NCBI GenBank assembly: GCA_035480235.1 | Contig: DATIHX010000008.1 | Span: 26,845-90,844, forward strand | DNA: 64,000 nt | Direction of reading: 5' to 3' | Origin: Candidatus Saccharimonadales bacterium | GTDB taxonomy: Bacteria; Patescibacteriota; UBA1384; 2-12-FULL-50-11 | Part shown: positions 27,094 through 36,084 of the stretch, in pieces | Numbering within the stretch: position 1 is the stretch's first letter | How the letters are laid out: every line of letters starts with the position of its first letter | The notes under the pieces: model-generated | Told to the model about the DNA's origin: nothing | The model's input: the letters and a program-made list of their open reading frames with translations, nothing else | Databases searched by the model: none | Translations under genes and position numbers: made by a program

Positions 27094-28260
27094 ATGGACG
27101 AATTTAACCCAGCGACCCGGCCACCCGAAACCAGCCAACCGCTCAAACACTCTCGTTTCAAAGCCTGGCTGGCGGCCCGGAAAAAGTTATTACTGATTAC
27201 TGTGCCGATTATTAGCTTGGTAATAGTGCTGGCAGTTTTTTGGTCAATTAATAATAACCAACCGGTCAGTAGCGGCCAAATCAAAATAAAAACGACGACC
27301 CCAACCCCAGCTGTGAAAGTAGCCAGTCCGCTTACTGGCCTCTTAATCGACGCCGACACGGCTAAGAAACCCGTCGCAGCCGTGATGATCGAGAACTCCA
27401 CCGACGCTCGGCCACAATCCGGTTTGAGCCAAGCTGGTGTGGTCTACGAAGCGATCGCCGAGGGCGGCATCACTCGTTATATGGCCTTGTTCCAAGAGCC
27501 GTTTCCGTCCGTTTTAGGCCCAGTCCGGAGTGTGCGGCCGTATTACGCCGACTGGGTGAGCGAGTACAACGTGCCGATCGTTCATGCCGGTGGCAGCCAA
27601 CCGGGGCTGGCCAAAGTGAATAGCGGCAGTTTTAAAAATGTTGAGGCATTGGTTCAAGCCAGCGGTTTTTACCGCGCCACCGACCGAGCCGCGCCGCACA
27701 ATTTGTATACCAAAACCGATTTGTTGGCTAATTTGCTGACCAAAATGAAATTTGACGCTGCTCCCGCCTTCACTGGCTTGGCCCGCAAAGACGATAAGCC
27801 ACCGGTCGCCACCACCACGCCAGCCACCGCCACCGTTCCGGCCAGTACCGTCCCAGCGGCGGCCGCTCACCCGAAAATTAACATTACCTTCGGTATCGCC
27901 GCCTATAACGTCCAGTACGATTACGATTTAGCGACCAATAGTTACAAACGAACAAACGGCGCCGCGGCGACCATCGACCGCAACACCAACGCTCAAGTCA
28001 GCGTCAAAAACGTGGTCGTCCTGCAGTTCCCAGTTAGTTATAGTACCCAAGGCAACGGCAAGCCGGAAACAATTTACAAACTAACAGGAAGCGGCAAAGC
28101 CTTCTTCTTTATGGACGGCAACGCCGTGGTGGGCACCTGGAGCAAAACCAGCGACACCGCTATTACTACTTACGCCGACGCTAACGGCACTGCCATCACC
28201 TTTAACCGCGGCAATACTTGGATTTCCGCCATCCCCACCGGCAACGCCGTGACGTATTAA
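27094..28260 (+). CDS. DUF3048 (YerB-like) secreted or lipo-protein.
   Basis: VMIENSTDARPQSGLSQAGVVYEAIAEGGITRYMALF block. Confidence 0.75.
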   Translation: MDEFNPATRPPETSQPLKHSRFKAWLAARKKLLLITVPIISLVIVLAVFWSINNNQPVSSGQIKIKTTTPTPAVKVASPLTGLLIDADTAKKPVAAVMIENSTDARPQSGLSQAGVVYEAIAEGGITRYMALFQEPFPSVLGPVRSVRPYYADWVSEYNVPIVHAGGSQPGLAKVNSGSFKNVEALVQASGFYRATDRAAPHNLYTKTDLLANLLTKMKFDAAPAFTGLARKDDKPPVATTTPATATVPASTVPAAAAHPKINITFGIAAYNVQYDYDLATNSYKRTNGAAATIDRNTNAQVSVKNVVVLQFPVSYSTQGNGKPETIYKLTGSGKAFFFMDGNAVVGTWSKTSDTAITTYADANGTAITFNRGNTWISAIPTGNAVTY

Positions 28261-28298
28261 GAAGCTACTAGCTTCTGGCAACTAGCTTTAGGGCTAGT

Positions 28299-28322
28299 AA
28301 AAAACTGCCGATTGCTCGGCAG
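28299..28322 (-). terminator. Intrinsic terminator for 28329..29045: CTGCCGAG-caa-TCGGCAG + TTTTTT as read on the minus strand.
   Basis: Seen directly. Confidence 0.6.
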
Positions 28323-28328
28323 TGATAG

Positions 28329-29045
28329 TTAGTAAACAGCCTTAGCTAACAGCGCTGCGCTCTGGCCATCGTAAGCACTGTAGAGCAAGTCAATTTGCCC
28401 GGCTTCAAAACCGGCAAATTCCTCACCCCTTGGACCAGACACTCGCTGCACCAGCTCGGCAAATGTCCCGTAGGCTTCCGTAAGACCGAAGAAGCATTGA
28501 CGAAGCGTTGCCCCTGCCGAGTCCGTAAACTCAAAAGGAGAGCCTATAAATTCAAAGCCCTGGCAGCCAATTGCCTTGCGGACCTGCTCTAGATCGGCGC
28601 TCTCGTCTACGCGATAGGCGAGATGCTGAGGCTTGCCGGGAAAGAGCTCGCCACCGTCACCGCCGACACAGTGAGTGCCGTATAGGCGTAGGAAGTTTGA
28701 TAGGGGTGCGTCGTGTTGCAAATCCTCCAAGTTCGGCACCGAGAGTCCAATCATTGGCTGCCCAGCTTTGTGGGCAAGGGCAATATGCCGAGCTGGATAG
28801 ATCATCGTCCGCCAAACGCCAGCAAGGTCATAACCACGCCCTTGCCAATAATCACCGAATGCTTTTTCCATGTCGGGGTGAACAACGAATGTTAGGTGAT
28901 CTTCCATCGTTACCCCTTTTACTTCTTCTTTTAGAAGCGGGAGGGCGGGAAGGGACGAAAACCGCCCTAAAAGATATTGCATTGAACCACTAAGCATTTT
29001 TCCTCCAAATTGTTCGCCGTTACCAGCAAGAACGAATTGAGGCAA
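28329..29045 (-). CDS. VOC (glyoxalase/dioxygenase-fold)-like protein, tentative.
   Basis: Two beta-alpha-beta-beta-beta-like repeats. The gene looks GC-richer than its surroundings. Confidence 0.45.
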   Translation of the reverse strand: MPQFVLAGNGEQFGGKMLSGSMQYLLGRFSSLPALPLLKEEVKGVTMEDHLTFVVHPDMEKAFGDYWQGRGYDLAGVWRTMIYPARHIALAHKAGQPMIGLSVPNLEDLQHDAPLSNFLRLYGTHCVGGDGGELFPGKPQHLAYRVDESADLEQVRKAIGCQGFEFIGSPFEFTDSAGATLRQCFFGLTEAYGTFAELVQRVSGPRGEEFAGFEAGQIDLLYSAYDGQSAALLAKAVY

Positions 29046-29382
29046 TAATAAACCAATTTCTGGATAAAATCAACTCCTTGCCGCCCATAAAATAGTTCCT
29101 AAAACCGGAGGAGCAAACAGTGCCAGTTGCCGGTTTGCAGCCGGAGGTTTTCACAATACCCCAGTGGGAAGCTTGCGGGGGTGAGAAAGCGAATGCTTGG
29201 AGCTTTCGAACGGAAGCCGCTGCAAAAGTTATAATTTTTCCCTAGCTTTTGCCAAGCGGCGAGCGAGTAGCCAGGAGTTTGAGTGTGTAGGGGGCGGCTT
29301 AGCAAATTAGCCCCCTCACCCTCAAATAATAGTCAGTGGCGCTAGCCACATACAGATAGTGAGAAACACTATTCTGGTTTCC

Positions 29383-29409
29383 AAAAAGGACCCATTCGGG
29401 TCCTTTTTG
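29383..29409 (-). terminator. Bidirectional hairpin terminator AAAAA-GGACCC-attc-GGGTCC-TTTTT downstream of the Rpf-like gene.
   Basis: Seen directly. Confidence 0.6.
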
Positions 29410-29427
29410 TTTCAGTTCTTAACAACT

Positions 29428-30123
29428 TCAGCCGACGTAGCGCGCCCAGCAAGAACGACTAGCGTTCCAGGGGGCGGTACCGCGCAACTGCAGCGCTTGG
29501 CTAGCCTTTTGATCTTGAATTTCAGCCGGTGCGTCCTTAGCTCTCTGGTAACCACCGAAGCGGGCCCAGGTCGAGTCGAGGAACTGATAAGCGCCGGAGG
29601 CGCTAGAGCGGCGATTTTGGGCCTGATAATCGTTACGGCTTTCGCAGTAACGAATAGCGGCTAACATATCGCCCTGCGGCTTAGCGGCAACTGGCGTAGT
29701 GATGGCTTTTTTGGCGACAGCTTGCGCAGCTGCTTGCTTAACCGCTTCTGAGGCTTTCAGGCGAGCTTGCTCATCCAAATACAGCGAGCTCGGCGTGACT
29801 TCGATACTAATTGCCCGAGCACCACTAACTTCCGCTACTTGCGGCGTTAAGGCTTGCACCGTCGGCATTGGGCCAAAGGCTTGAACGCCGGCTACGGTGG
29901 TGGTAATCGGCGAAGTGGAAGCGGCGCTAACCAGCGTCATCGGCAAGATGAGCGTGGTAGCTAACACGACATAACCGACATAACGTAAGCTCTTGGCTTT
30001 GTTAAGATTGCGTTTGGTTCGAACGAACTGAACTTTACCAGCCTTAAAGATCCGGCCGGCAACCCTCCCTGTATTTTCGACGATTAAGTCGAGAATAATA
30101 GGGATAGTATAAATACTAATCAA
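29428..30123 (-). CDS. Secreted Rpf-type (resuscitation-promoting-factor-like) lytic transglycosylase domain protein.
   Basis: IRYCESRNDYQAQN...GAYQFLDSTWARFGG...APWNASRSCW matches the Rpf transglycosylase-like fold, with the catalytic Glu in CES and a C-terminal Cys pair. N-terminal TM/signal region present. Start codon uncertain. Confidence 0.75.
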   Translation of the reverse strand: MISIYTIPIILDLIVENTGRVAGRIFKAGKVQFVRTKRNLNKAKSLRYVGYVVLATTLILPMTLVSAASTSPITTTVAGVQAFGPMPTVQALTPQVAEVSGARAISIEVTPSSLYLDEQARLKASEAVKQAAAQAVAKKAITTPVAAKPQGDMLAAIRYCESRNDYQAQNRRSSASGAYQFLDSTWARFGGYQRAKDAPAEIQDQKASQALQLRGTAPWNASRSCWARYVG

Positions 30124-30304
30124 CTCCTTTTTAATTTGCCCACTTGGGGCGGTTCCGAATATGACGCTTCAAGGCGTTCGTTACCGAACGGCTAACAAAA
30201 AGCTTCCTTTCGGAAGTATGGGCAGTATAGCTGATTGGGAAAGCTTGTCAAGCCTTTGGGGGTAAAGTAAGACCCCGGACGAACCGGGGCCGAATGCTTA
30301 GGAG

Positions 30305-30487
30305 CTAGGTCCGAACCATTTCCTTGCGTCCCTCCGGCGCGTCACGTCCGAACATGCCCTCGTAATCCCTGCCAGTTGGCGTGTAGGTGGTGAAATTTGG
30401 CCCCTTGGGAACTTGGCACAGGCCCAGCTGCTTAACCATCTCATACACTTTCGAGCTATTAACTCGCCCCTGACTATTATTATCCAT
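30305..30487 (-). CDS. Small 60-aa protein with a strong RBS.
   Basis: GGAGGG lies 7 nt upstream of the ATG. Confidence 0.35.
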   Translation of the reverse strand: MDNNSQGRVNSSKVYEMVKQLGLCQVPKGPNFTTYTPTGRDYEGMFGRDAPEGRKEMVRT

Positions 30488-30659
30488 CGAATTACCCTCC
30501 TGGTAATTTTTAGTGCGAAGCAACGCCAGGATAGCATATGCCGTCCTTAAAGTCAAGGCCATTGCCTTAAATTTAACGTCCCTCGTTACGCACTTTCAAT
30601 ATTTTAACCGCTTTCTATTGCCGGCGAAAGAAAAAGCCCCGCCGAAACGGGGTGGTGGC

Positions 30660-31196
30660 TTAGGGTTTGAGCCGGCGAGAAGCCTGGAGGCGCCAACCAT
30701 CACCGCTCTCGAGGTAAACCTCGATCGAAACGATGGGAACCTTAGTCGGTTCGAATTCGCCGTTTGTTTGGACGTAGTTTTCTAACCAGGCCTGGGATGC
30801 CGCCGCTGTGAGGTCTTTGGCTACCGCTACGTGAAAATCAAAAAGAAAGGCTGGGTTAACGTAGCGATTGAGTTGATCAACGCAACGTTCCCGGATTAGG
30901 TCCAGCTCCGCGCAATGCCCAACCTTTAGCGAAACCACCCGGCTAGTTTCGTCGGCATTGGGATGTTCTTTTAGCCCAACGAGCGCCAGCGAAAACGGTT
31001 GCACACCCTGAATAGCATAATCAACAACCTCAATAACCTCTTGAGCTGGTTGGTGGAAACCCTCACTCGGCGCATCAGATACTTCAATAGGGTGAATGAT
31101 GGTCACATGCCGCGGCAAGTTGCCAGCTTCGGGCCGTAATCCTTCCCGGAGAAACTTGGCTGGGCAGTCACAACAGATATAAACTTTTTGGCTCAC
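30660..31196 (-). CDS. 2H phosphoesterase (LigT/ThpR-like) family, tentative.
   Basis: Two H-x-T/S-x-like motifs (HVTI, HVAV). Confidence 0.4.
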   Translation of the reverse strand: MSQKVYICCDCPAKFLREGLRPEAGNLPRHVTIIHPIEVSDAPSEGFHQPAQEVIEVVDYAIQGVQPFSLALVGLKEHPNADETSRVVSLKVGHCAELDLIRERCVDQLNRYVNPAFLFDFHVAVAKDLTAAASQAWLENYVQTNGEFEPTKVPIVSIEVYLESGDGWRLQASRRLKP

Positions 31197-31276
31197 GAGC
31201 CACCTCCTAAAGAACGAATATACTTCCTTGTACCGCTTTGCTGGCCTGGAGACAACTTTTTCGCTACGCTGTTGGC

Positions 31277-31609
31277 ATGGAAGACTGTTTGTTCTGCCAA
31301 ATTGTTCGCGAAGAAGTTCAGAGCGAGCAAATTATTGAGACGACAAATTACGTCGCCTTTAAAGATATCCACCCGAAAGCGCCGGTACACGTTTTGATCG
31401 TGCCGAAACGGCATGTGGAACGGCCGGAAGAACTCCGGGGCGACGAGATTACCGATATGCTCCAAGGCGCCGAAGAAGTTGCCCAGATCATGGGCGTGAA
31501 AGACACCGGCTACCGGCTGGTTTTTAATGTTGGCAACCATCCCGGCCAAGTCATCGACCATGTCCACCTGCACTTGCTCGGTGGGGCACCAGCTAAAAGC
31601 ATGTACTAA
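31277..31609 (+). CDS. HIT-family (histidine triad) hydrolase.
   Basis: HVHLHLLGG triad. Confidence 0.85.
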   Translation: MEDCLFCQIVREEVQSEQIIETTNYVAFKDIHPKAPVHVLIVPKRHVERPEELRGDEITDMLQGAEEVAQIMGVKDTGYRLVFNVGNHPGQVIDHVHLHLLGGAPAKSMY

Positions 31610-31610
31610 A

Positions 31611-32258
31611 ATGGCGACTGAACCGGAAATCGACCAACTCGCCAAAAAGCTCTGGGATTACGGCCTGCTGCACCAAAAGCTAGAAAAAGCTGATGCGATC
31701 ATCGTTTTTGGTAGTTATAACCCGAGTATTGCTTTGCGAGCGATTGAACTTTACGAGCAAGGGCTAGCGCCAATCGTGGTTTTCTCTGGTAATCGGAGCG
31801 ATTCCACCACCGCTTGGGCTAAAACTGAGGCCGAAACCATGGCTGATCTAGCCATAGAGCACGGATTGCCGAAAGAAGTGACCCGAATCGAGCCAAATGC
31901 TAAGAATTCTGGCGAAAATACTCGATTCTCCAGAGCGTTACTGGAGAAAGAGGGGATTAAAACCAAAAAAATCATTGTCGTCCAAAAGCCGTACGCCGAA
32001 AGGCGGGCTTACGCCACCGTCAGAAAGCAATGGCCAGAAGTTGAAGTGCGAGTGACATCGCCACAAGTAAGTTACGAGCAATATATGGACGAAACCCCTA
32101 AAGACAAAAATGGCTCGATTGCTACGATGGTGGGGGACGTACAACGAATAAAAGTTTACGGCGCCAATGGCTTTCAAATCCCGCAAGAAATCCCTGCCAA
32201 CGTTTGGAAGGCTTATGAGGGGCTAGTTGAGCTAGGTTTCAGTAAATGGTTAGTGTAA
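31611..32258 (+). CDS. DUF218/YdcF-like protein.
   Basis: DAIIVFGS...VVFSGNR...IIVVQKPYAERRA pattern. Confidence 0.7.
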   Translation: MATEPEIDQLAKKLWDYGLLHQKLEKADAIIVFGSYNPSIALRAIELYEQGLAPIVVFSGNRSDSTTAWAKTEAETMADLAIEHGLPKEVTRIEPNAKNSGENTRFSRALLEKEGIKTKKIIVVQKPYAERRAYATVRKQWPEVEVRVTSPQVSYEQYMDETPKDKNGSIATMVGDVQRIKVYGANGFQIPQEIPANVWKAYEGLVELGFSKWLV

Positions 32259-32298
32259 TTCCTATTGCCTGGAAATAACCGCCAGGTATAATAATTTC

Positions 32299-32709
32299 AT
32301 GAAAACCACATTGAATCCCTACCTGCATTTCAACGGCGACTGCGAAAAAGCCATGAATTTTTATAAAAGCGTTTTTGGCGGCGAATTAGCCCTCACCAAA
32401 TTTGGCGATATGCCGATGCCTGGTAACGACGCCGACCCAGCCAAAATTATGCACTCGGAACTAAAGGCGACCGACGGCTTTAACTTTATGGCCTCCGACG
32501 GCGGCAAAGGCACCATGAACACCGACAACTTTTCTATTTCCTTAAACGGCGAAGACGCAGAAACCCTAAAGAAGTACTTTGATGCCCTAGCCGAAGGCGG
32601 CAAAGTCACCGTTCCGGTCGCTAAACACCCTTGGGGCGCCGAATTTGGCATGCTCAAAGACCAATTCGGTATCGACTGGATGGTTAATATCGTCTCGGAA
32701 GAAAAGTAA
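32299..32709 (+). CDS. VOC-family protein, PhnB-like.
   Basis: PYLHFNGDCEKAMNFYKSVFGG is the PhnB-type start. Confidence 0.8.
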   Translation: MKTTLNPYLHFNGDCEKAMNFYKSVFGGELALTKFGDMPMPGNDADPAKIMHSELKATDGFNFMASDGGKGTMNTDNFSISLNGEDAETLKKYFDALAEGGKVTVPVAKHPWGAEFGMLKDQFGIDWMVNIVSEEK

Positions 32710-32805
32710 GCAACAGCAAACTAGCCTACGTCAAATCAGCTGACGCTGCTTGATTAATTGGTTAATTTGTTTACTATCAACTTAATATACCTTCAGGAGG
32801 ATGTT

Positions 32806-33432
32806 ATGCCTTTTTGGTTGTTCTTTACAATAAGTTTTGTGGTCGTTGCCCTGGTATTTGGCCTGTGCCTTTGGTTTGGCTACACGCGTCATATTACGCC
32901 GAGTGGAGAACCGGGTAGCCCCGGGCCAGGCGGTGGGACGATAATTGCCGCGGTAGCGGCGGGGTTTTTTGCTCAGATAGGCCTGATTCAAGGATTCTCT
33001 CCACAGACAGCCTTGGTTAACTCAAAGGGTGAGGTGGTAGCGGACTATCCTAATGGCCTTGGGTTCTTTTCGTGGCAGAATCCGGCAGCCCATCTCCAAG
33101 TAGTCGACTACGGGCCAGCGATTACCAGTGAGTCGTTTTCAGTTAGCAGCGAAAAATCGTTTTCGGTCAGCCTAAAAACGAGCGGGAGGCTGAGCGACTA
33201 TCTAGCGCTGACTGACTTGCTTAAAAAAGAGGGCGCTCAGTCGCTGGATGAATGGTTAAAAATTCACTACGGCGACGATCGAAAGGCTCTTGTGGCCAGC
33301 TACAATAAGCTGATCACCTTCCGCCAGAATCTGGGTAAAGAAGTGGAAGCGGCGACTTTTCAAGAAGCTGCCGATTCATACTTTGAGCCCAAGCTAGGAA
33401 AATACGGTATCAGCTTAAGTTCCGTTCCGTAA
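32806..33432 (+). CDS. Membrane-anchored hypothetical protein.
   Basis: CAGGAGG RBS 5 nt before the ATG. N-terminal TM helix. Confidence 0.5.
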   Translation: MPFWLFFTISFVVVALVFGLCLWFGYTRHITPSGEPGSPGPGGGTIIAAVAAGFFAQIGLIQGFSPQTALVNSKGEVVADYPNGLGFFSWQNPAAHLQVVDYGPAITSESFSVSSEKSFSVSLKTSGRLSDYLALTDLLKKEGAQSLDEWLKIHYGDDRKALVASYNKLITFRQNLGKEVEAATFQEAADSYFEPKLGKYGISLSSVP

Positions 33433-33507
33433 CCAGCAACCGCGACAAACTAACGTCGCGGTTTTTTAATTCTCGACAAATCCGAGCCTGAGGGTACAAT
33501 TTAGAAA

Positions 33508-34041
33508 ATGTCATTATTTTTTATTACTGGGAGTAAAAATAAGTTTGAAGAAGTAAAAACTGTCATCTCTGACGTCGAGCAGCTGGATATTGATTTGCCG
33601 GAAATTCAGCACAACGATGCGCATGAGATCATTAAAGCCAAGCTCCAGGAAGCCGTTAAGCACCGACAAAGCGAATTGATGGTCGAAGATACTTCGCTTT
33701 ATTTCGACTGCCTAAACGGTTTACCGGGGCCGCTAATTAAGTGGTTTATGAAAACGGTTGGTAATGACGGCTTGGCAAATATTGCTGAGAAGCTGGGCAA
33801 CACTAAAGCCCAAGCGAAAACAATTATCGGTTACGCCAATAGCAAAGGTGAAGTAGAGTTTTTTGAAGGGGTGATTGAAGGTACCATCGTTGCTCCCCGG
33901 GGCGAAACAGGCTTTGGCTGGGATCCGATTTTTCTACCCGACGGCCACCAGAAAACCTTTGCCGAAATGGGCCAAGACGAGAAAAATACACTCAGCATGC
34001 GTAAAATCGCCGCATTAAAACTACAAGAACGACTTTCTTAG
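33508..34041 (+). CDS. rdgB: Non-canonical purine NTP pyrophosphatase (Ham1/RdgB).
   Basis: FITGSKNKFEE...EDTSLYFD...FGWDPIF blocks. Confidence 0.88.
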   Translation: MSLFFITGSKNKFEEVKTVISDVEQLDIDLPEIQHNDAHEIIKAKLQEAVKHRQSELMVEDTSLYFDCLNGLPGPLIKWFMKTVGNDGLANIAEKLGNTKAQAKTIIGYANSKGEVEFFEGVIEGTIVAPRGETGFGWDPIFLPDGHQKTFAEMGQDEKNTLSMRKIAALKLQERLS

Positions 34042-34091
34042 TGAAAACCTACTTAACACTCGTCATTTTTCGTGGTAAAATTGATTAATCA

Positions 34092-34355
34092 ATGACTGAA
34101 GAAACGCCAACAGTTGAACAGCCGCAAACTCGCCCACAAGGTGAGTACGCCGCCCGTGGCCCACGCCGCGAACGTGACGAGCGCGAAGGCGCCCCTGTTG
34201 AGGTAGTTCTGCGCCGCTTTTTCCGCGATGTCCAGCAATCCGACATCATGACCGAAATTAAACGCCGCAAATACTACGAAAAATCGCCGACCCGTAACTT
34301 CCGCCGCCGAGCCGCTCACGGCAAAATGGCCCGTCGGGCCAAACGAGACTTCTAG
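34092..34355 (+). CDS. rpsU: 30S ribosomal protein S21 with an N-terminal extension.
   Basis: VEVVLRRFFRDVQQSDIMTEIKRRKYYEKSPTRNFRRRAAHGKMARRAKR. Confidence 0.7.
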   Translation: MTEETPTVEQPQTRPQGEYAARGPRRERDEREGAPVEVVLRRFFRDVQQSDIMTEIKRRKYYEKSPTRNFRRRAAHGKMARRAKRDF

Positions 34356-34363
34356 AAAGAAAA

Positions 34364-34486
34364 CACGAAGCACTAAATTCGAAATCCGAAACAATACTTA
34401 ATGTTCAAAATTCTAAAAACTGAAACTTTGAAAATTTGGAACTTTGAATTTGTTTCGGATTTCGTGCTTCGATTTTCGGATTTTTT
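34364..34486 (+). promoter_or_regulatory. Long imperfect hairpin between rpsU and yqeY. The arms at 34364-34397 and 34451-34480 enclose an AT-rich loop of about 55 nt with aactttgaa repeats, followed by a T-rich run. Candidate attenuator.
   Basis: Arms GAAGCACTAAATTCGAAATCCGAAACA and TGTTTCGGATTTCGTGCTTCG are complementary. Confidence 0.45.
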
Positions 34487-34491
34487 CTAGC

Positions 34492-34938
34492 ATGTCACTC
34501 CAAACACAACTTGACGAACAACTGATCGCCGCCATGAAGGCGGGGGAAACCGAGAAACGTGACGTTTTACGGATGTTGAAAAGCGCGATCAAAAATGCCG
34601 CGATTGAAGAAAGTAAGGCCGAGCTGCCAGACGACGAAGTTTTGGCCGTCATCCGCAAAGAAGCGAAAAAGCGGAAAGAATCCATTCTGGCTTTTGAGCA
34701 AGCTAATAAACCATATTTAGTGGCTGCGGAAAAAGCCGAACTAGCAATTTTAGAAACGTATTTGCCGGCCCAAATGGATGAAGCGGGGATTCGCACCAAA
34801 GTTAAAGAGTATTTAGCGGCCCACCCGTCGACCGTCGCCCAAACTGGCCAAGTAATGGGCGGGTTGTCTGGTGAACTCAGCGGCCAAGCCGACATGGGCT
34901 TAGTCGCCAAAATCGTCCGCGAAGAGCTTAATTCTTAA
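34492..34938 (+). CDS. yqeY: GatB/YqeY-domain protein.
   Basis: Typical YqeY blocks and the conserved rpsU-yqeY linkage. Confidence 0.8.
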   Translation: MSLQTQLDEQLIAAMKAGETEKRDVLRMLKSAIKNAAIEESKAELPDDEVLAVIRKEAKKRKESILAFEQANKPYLVAAEKAELAILETYLPAQMDEAGIRTKVKEYLAAHPSTVAQTGQVMGGLSGELSGQADMGLVAKIVREELNS

Positions 34939-34940
34939 CC

Positions 34941-35327
34941 ATGCCGAAACTAGTTGTAGATTTTACTAACGAAACGACTATTTCGGTTGATTTGAAGCCG
35001 TTACAGGGACATTTGGAGAAAACCCTCGAGCGCTTAAACGAAACTAAAGATTTAGCGGTGGAATTAACAATAATCGATCAAGAAAAAATCCAGCAATTGA
35101 ACCGCGACTTTTTACAGCACGATTACCCAACCGACGTCTTAAGTTTTTTGGCTCCAGAGGAGCCGACCCTGAGCGAAGTCGAAGGGCCAAGCCCACTCGG
35201 TAGTATCGCTATCTGCCTACCCGTCGCCCAAAAACAAGCCACTGATGCTGGCATCACCCTTGAAGACGAGCTCAAAGTCTTGGCCGGCCACAGCCTGCTG
35301 CATTTACTTGGCTTTCATCACAAATAA
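34941..35327 (+). CDS. ybeY: Endoribonuclease YbeY.
   Basis: HSLLHLLGFHH zinc-binding motif. Confidence 0.85.
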   Translation: MPKLVVDFTNETTISVDLKPLQGHLEKTLERLNETKDLAVELTIIDQEKIQQLNRDFLQHDYPTDVLSFLAPEEPTLSEVEGPSPLGSIAICLPVAQKQATDAGITLEDELKVLAGHSLLHLLGFHHK

Positions 35328-35364
35328 AAAAGCCACCGGATTAAAATCGGTGGCGCTCGGGAGT

Positions 35365-35913
35365 TCAGCGAGAGGAGAGTAGCTCTTCTGATACCCTGAT
35401 TAAGGTTTCACAGAAATTGACCAGATCGTTTTCGGCGGATTGGCATTCTAGCTCAAGATTTGCACGCTGCTTCCGCATTTCCGAGGCATTACTCCTGATG
35501 ATGAGATTGGTCTTGTGCCACTCCTTCATTGCATCAGGAATTCGGGTGAGAGCCTTCGCGACCAAGAGAAGCTCGTTAGCCTTCATAGTCACAATCTTTA
35601 CCTCGCCCTTACAATCTCTCGGGATCTTAGCCACACGAAATGGCTGATCATCCTTGAGAATGAGTAGTGAAGTAAAGCCTTCGGGCTCATTCTGCCAAAA
35701 GAAAATGCTTTTCCACTGATGATGTTTGATAAAGATCCGAAAGATGTGATCGTTATACCTCAATACCAGCTCAATTAGAGGCGTGAGCATTTGAAGAAGT
35801 TTTGTCTGAGCTTCTTTTGGCCTCTCCAAGTCGTATTCTGCAGAGGCTTCGAGTTCTTCCGCTTGAAGAGACTTGAACGCATCCTCGATAAGATTCAGTG
35901 TTTTTTGATCCAA
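35365..35913 (-). CDS. Hypothetical protein, an orphan on the minus strand between ybeY and ftsA.
   Basis: ORF only. It looks AT-richer than its neighbours. Confidence 0.45.
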   Translation of the reverse strand: MDQKTLNLIEDAFKSLQAEELEASAEYDLERPKEAQTKLLQMLTPLIELVLRYNDHIFRIFIKHHQWKSIFFWQNEPEGFTSLLILKDDQPFRVAKIPRDCKGEVKIVTMKANELLLVAKALTRIPDAMKEWHKTNLIIRSNASEMRKQRANLELECQSAENDLVNFCETLIRVSEELLSSR

Positions 35914-36084
35914 TTCATCCTCCAGCCGTAACTCAGTTGTCAGCAGGCTTTGTAAAATGTGCTAGCGAAACTATATCAGTAAGAATTTAAATAGTAAAGC
36001 CTTCAAGGCAGAAAAACAAGGGCTTAACGTCAGTTTCACTACTTTTTGACGTCAGCCCATTAAACTGGCTTAATATATAGACGG

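Noticed and set aside
29099-29305. 68-aa ORF in the 330-nt gap upstream of the VOC-like gene.
   Set aside because: Low-complexity translation and no RBS. The gap is more likely a 5' UTR or promoter region. It is noted only as an unexplained long leader.
30124-30300. c-di-AMP (ydaO) riboswitch upstream of the Rpf-like gene, as in Actinobacteria.
   Set aside because: The leader is only about 95 nt and lacks the pseudo-symmetric ydaO helices. It holds only a short terminator-like hairpin and a TTGACA-17-TATACT promoter.
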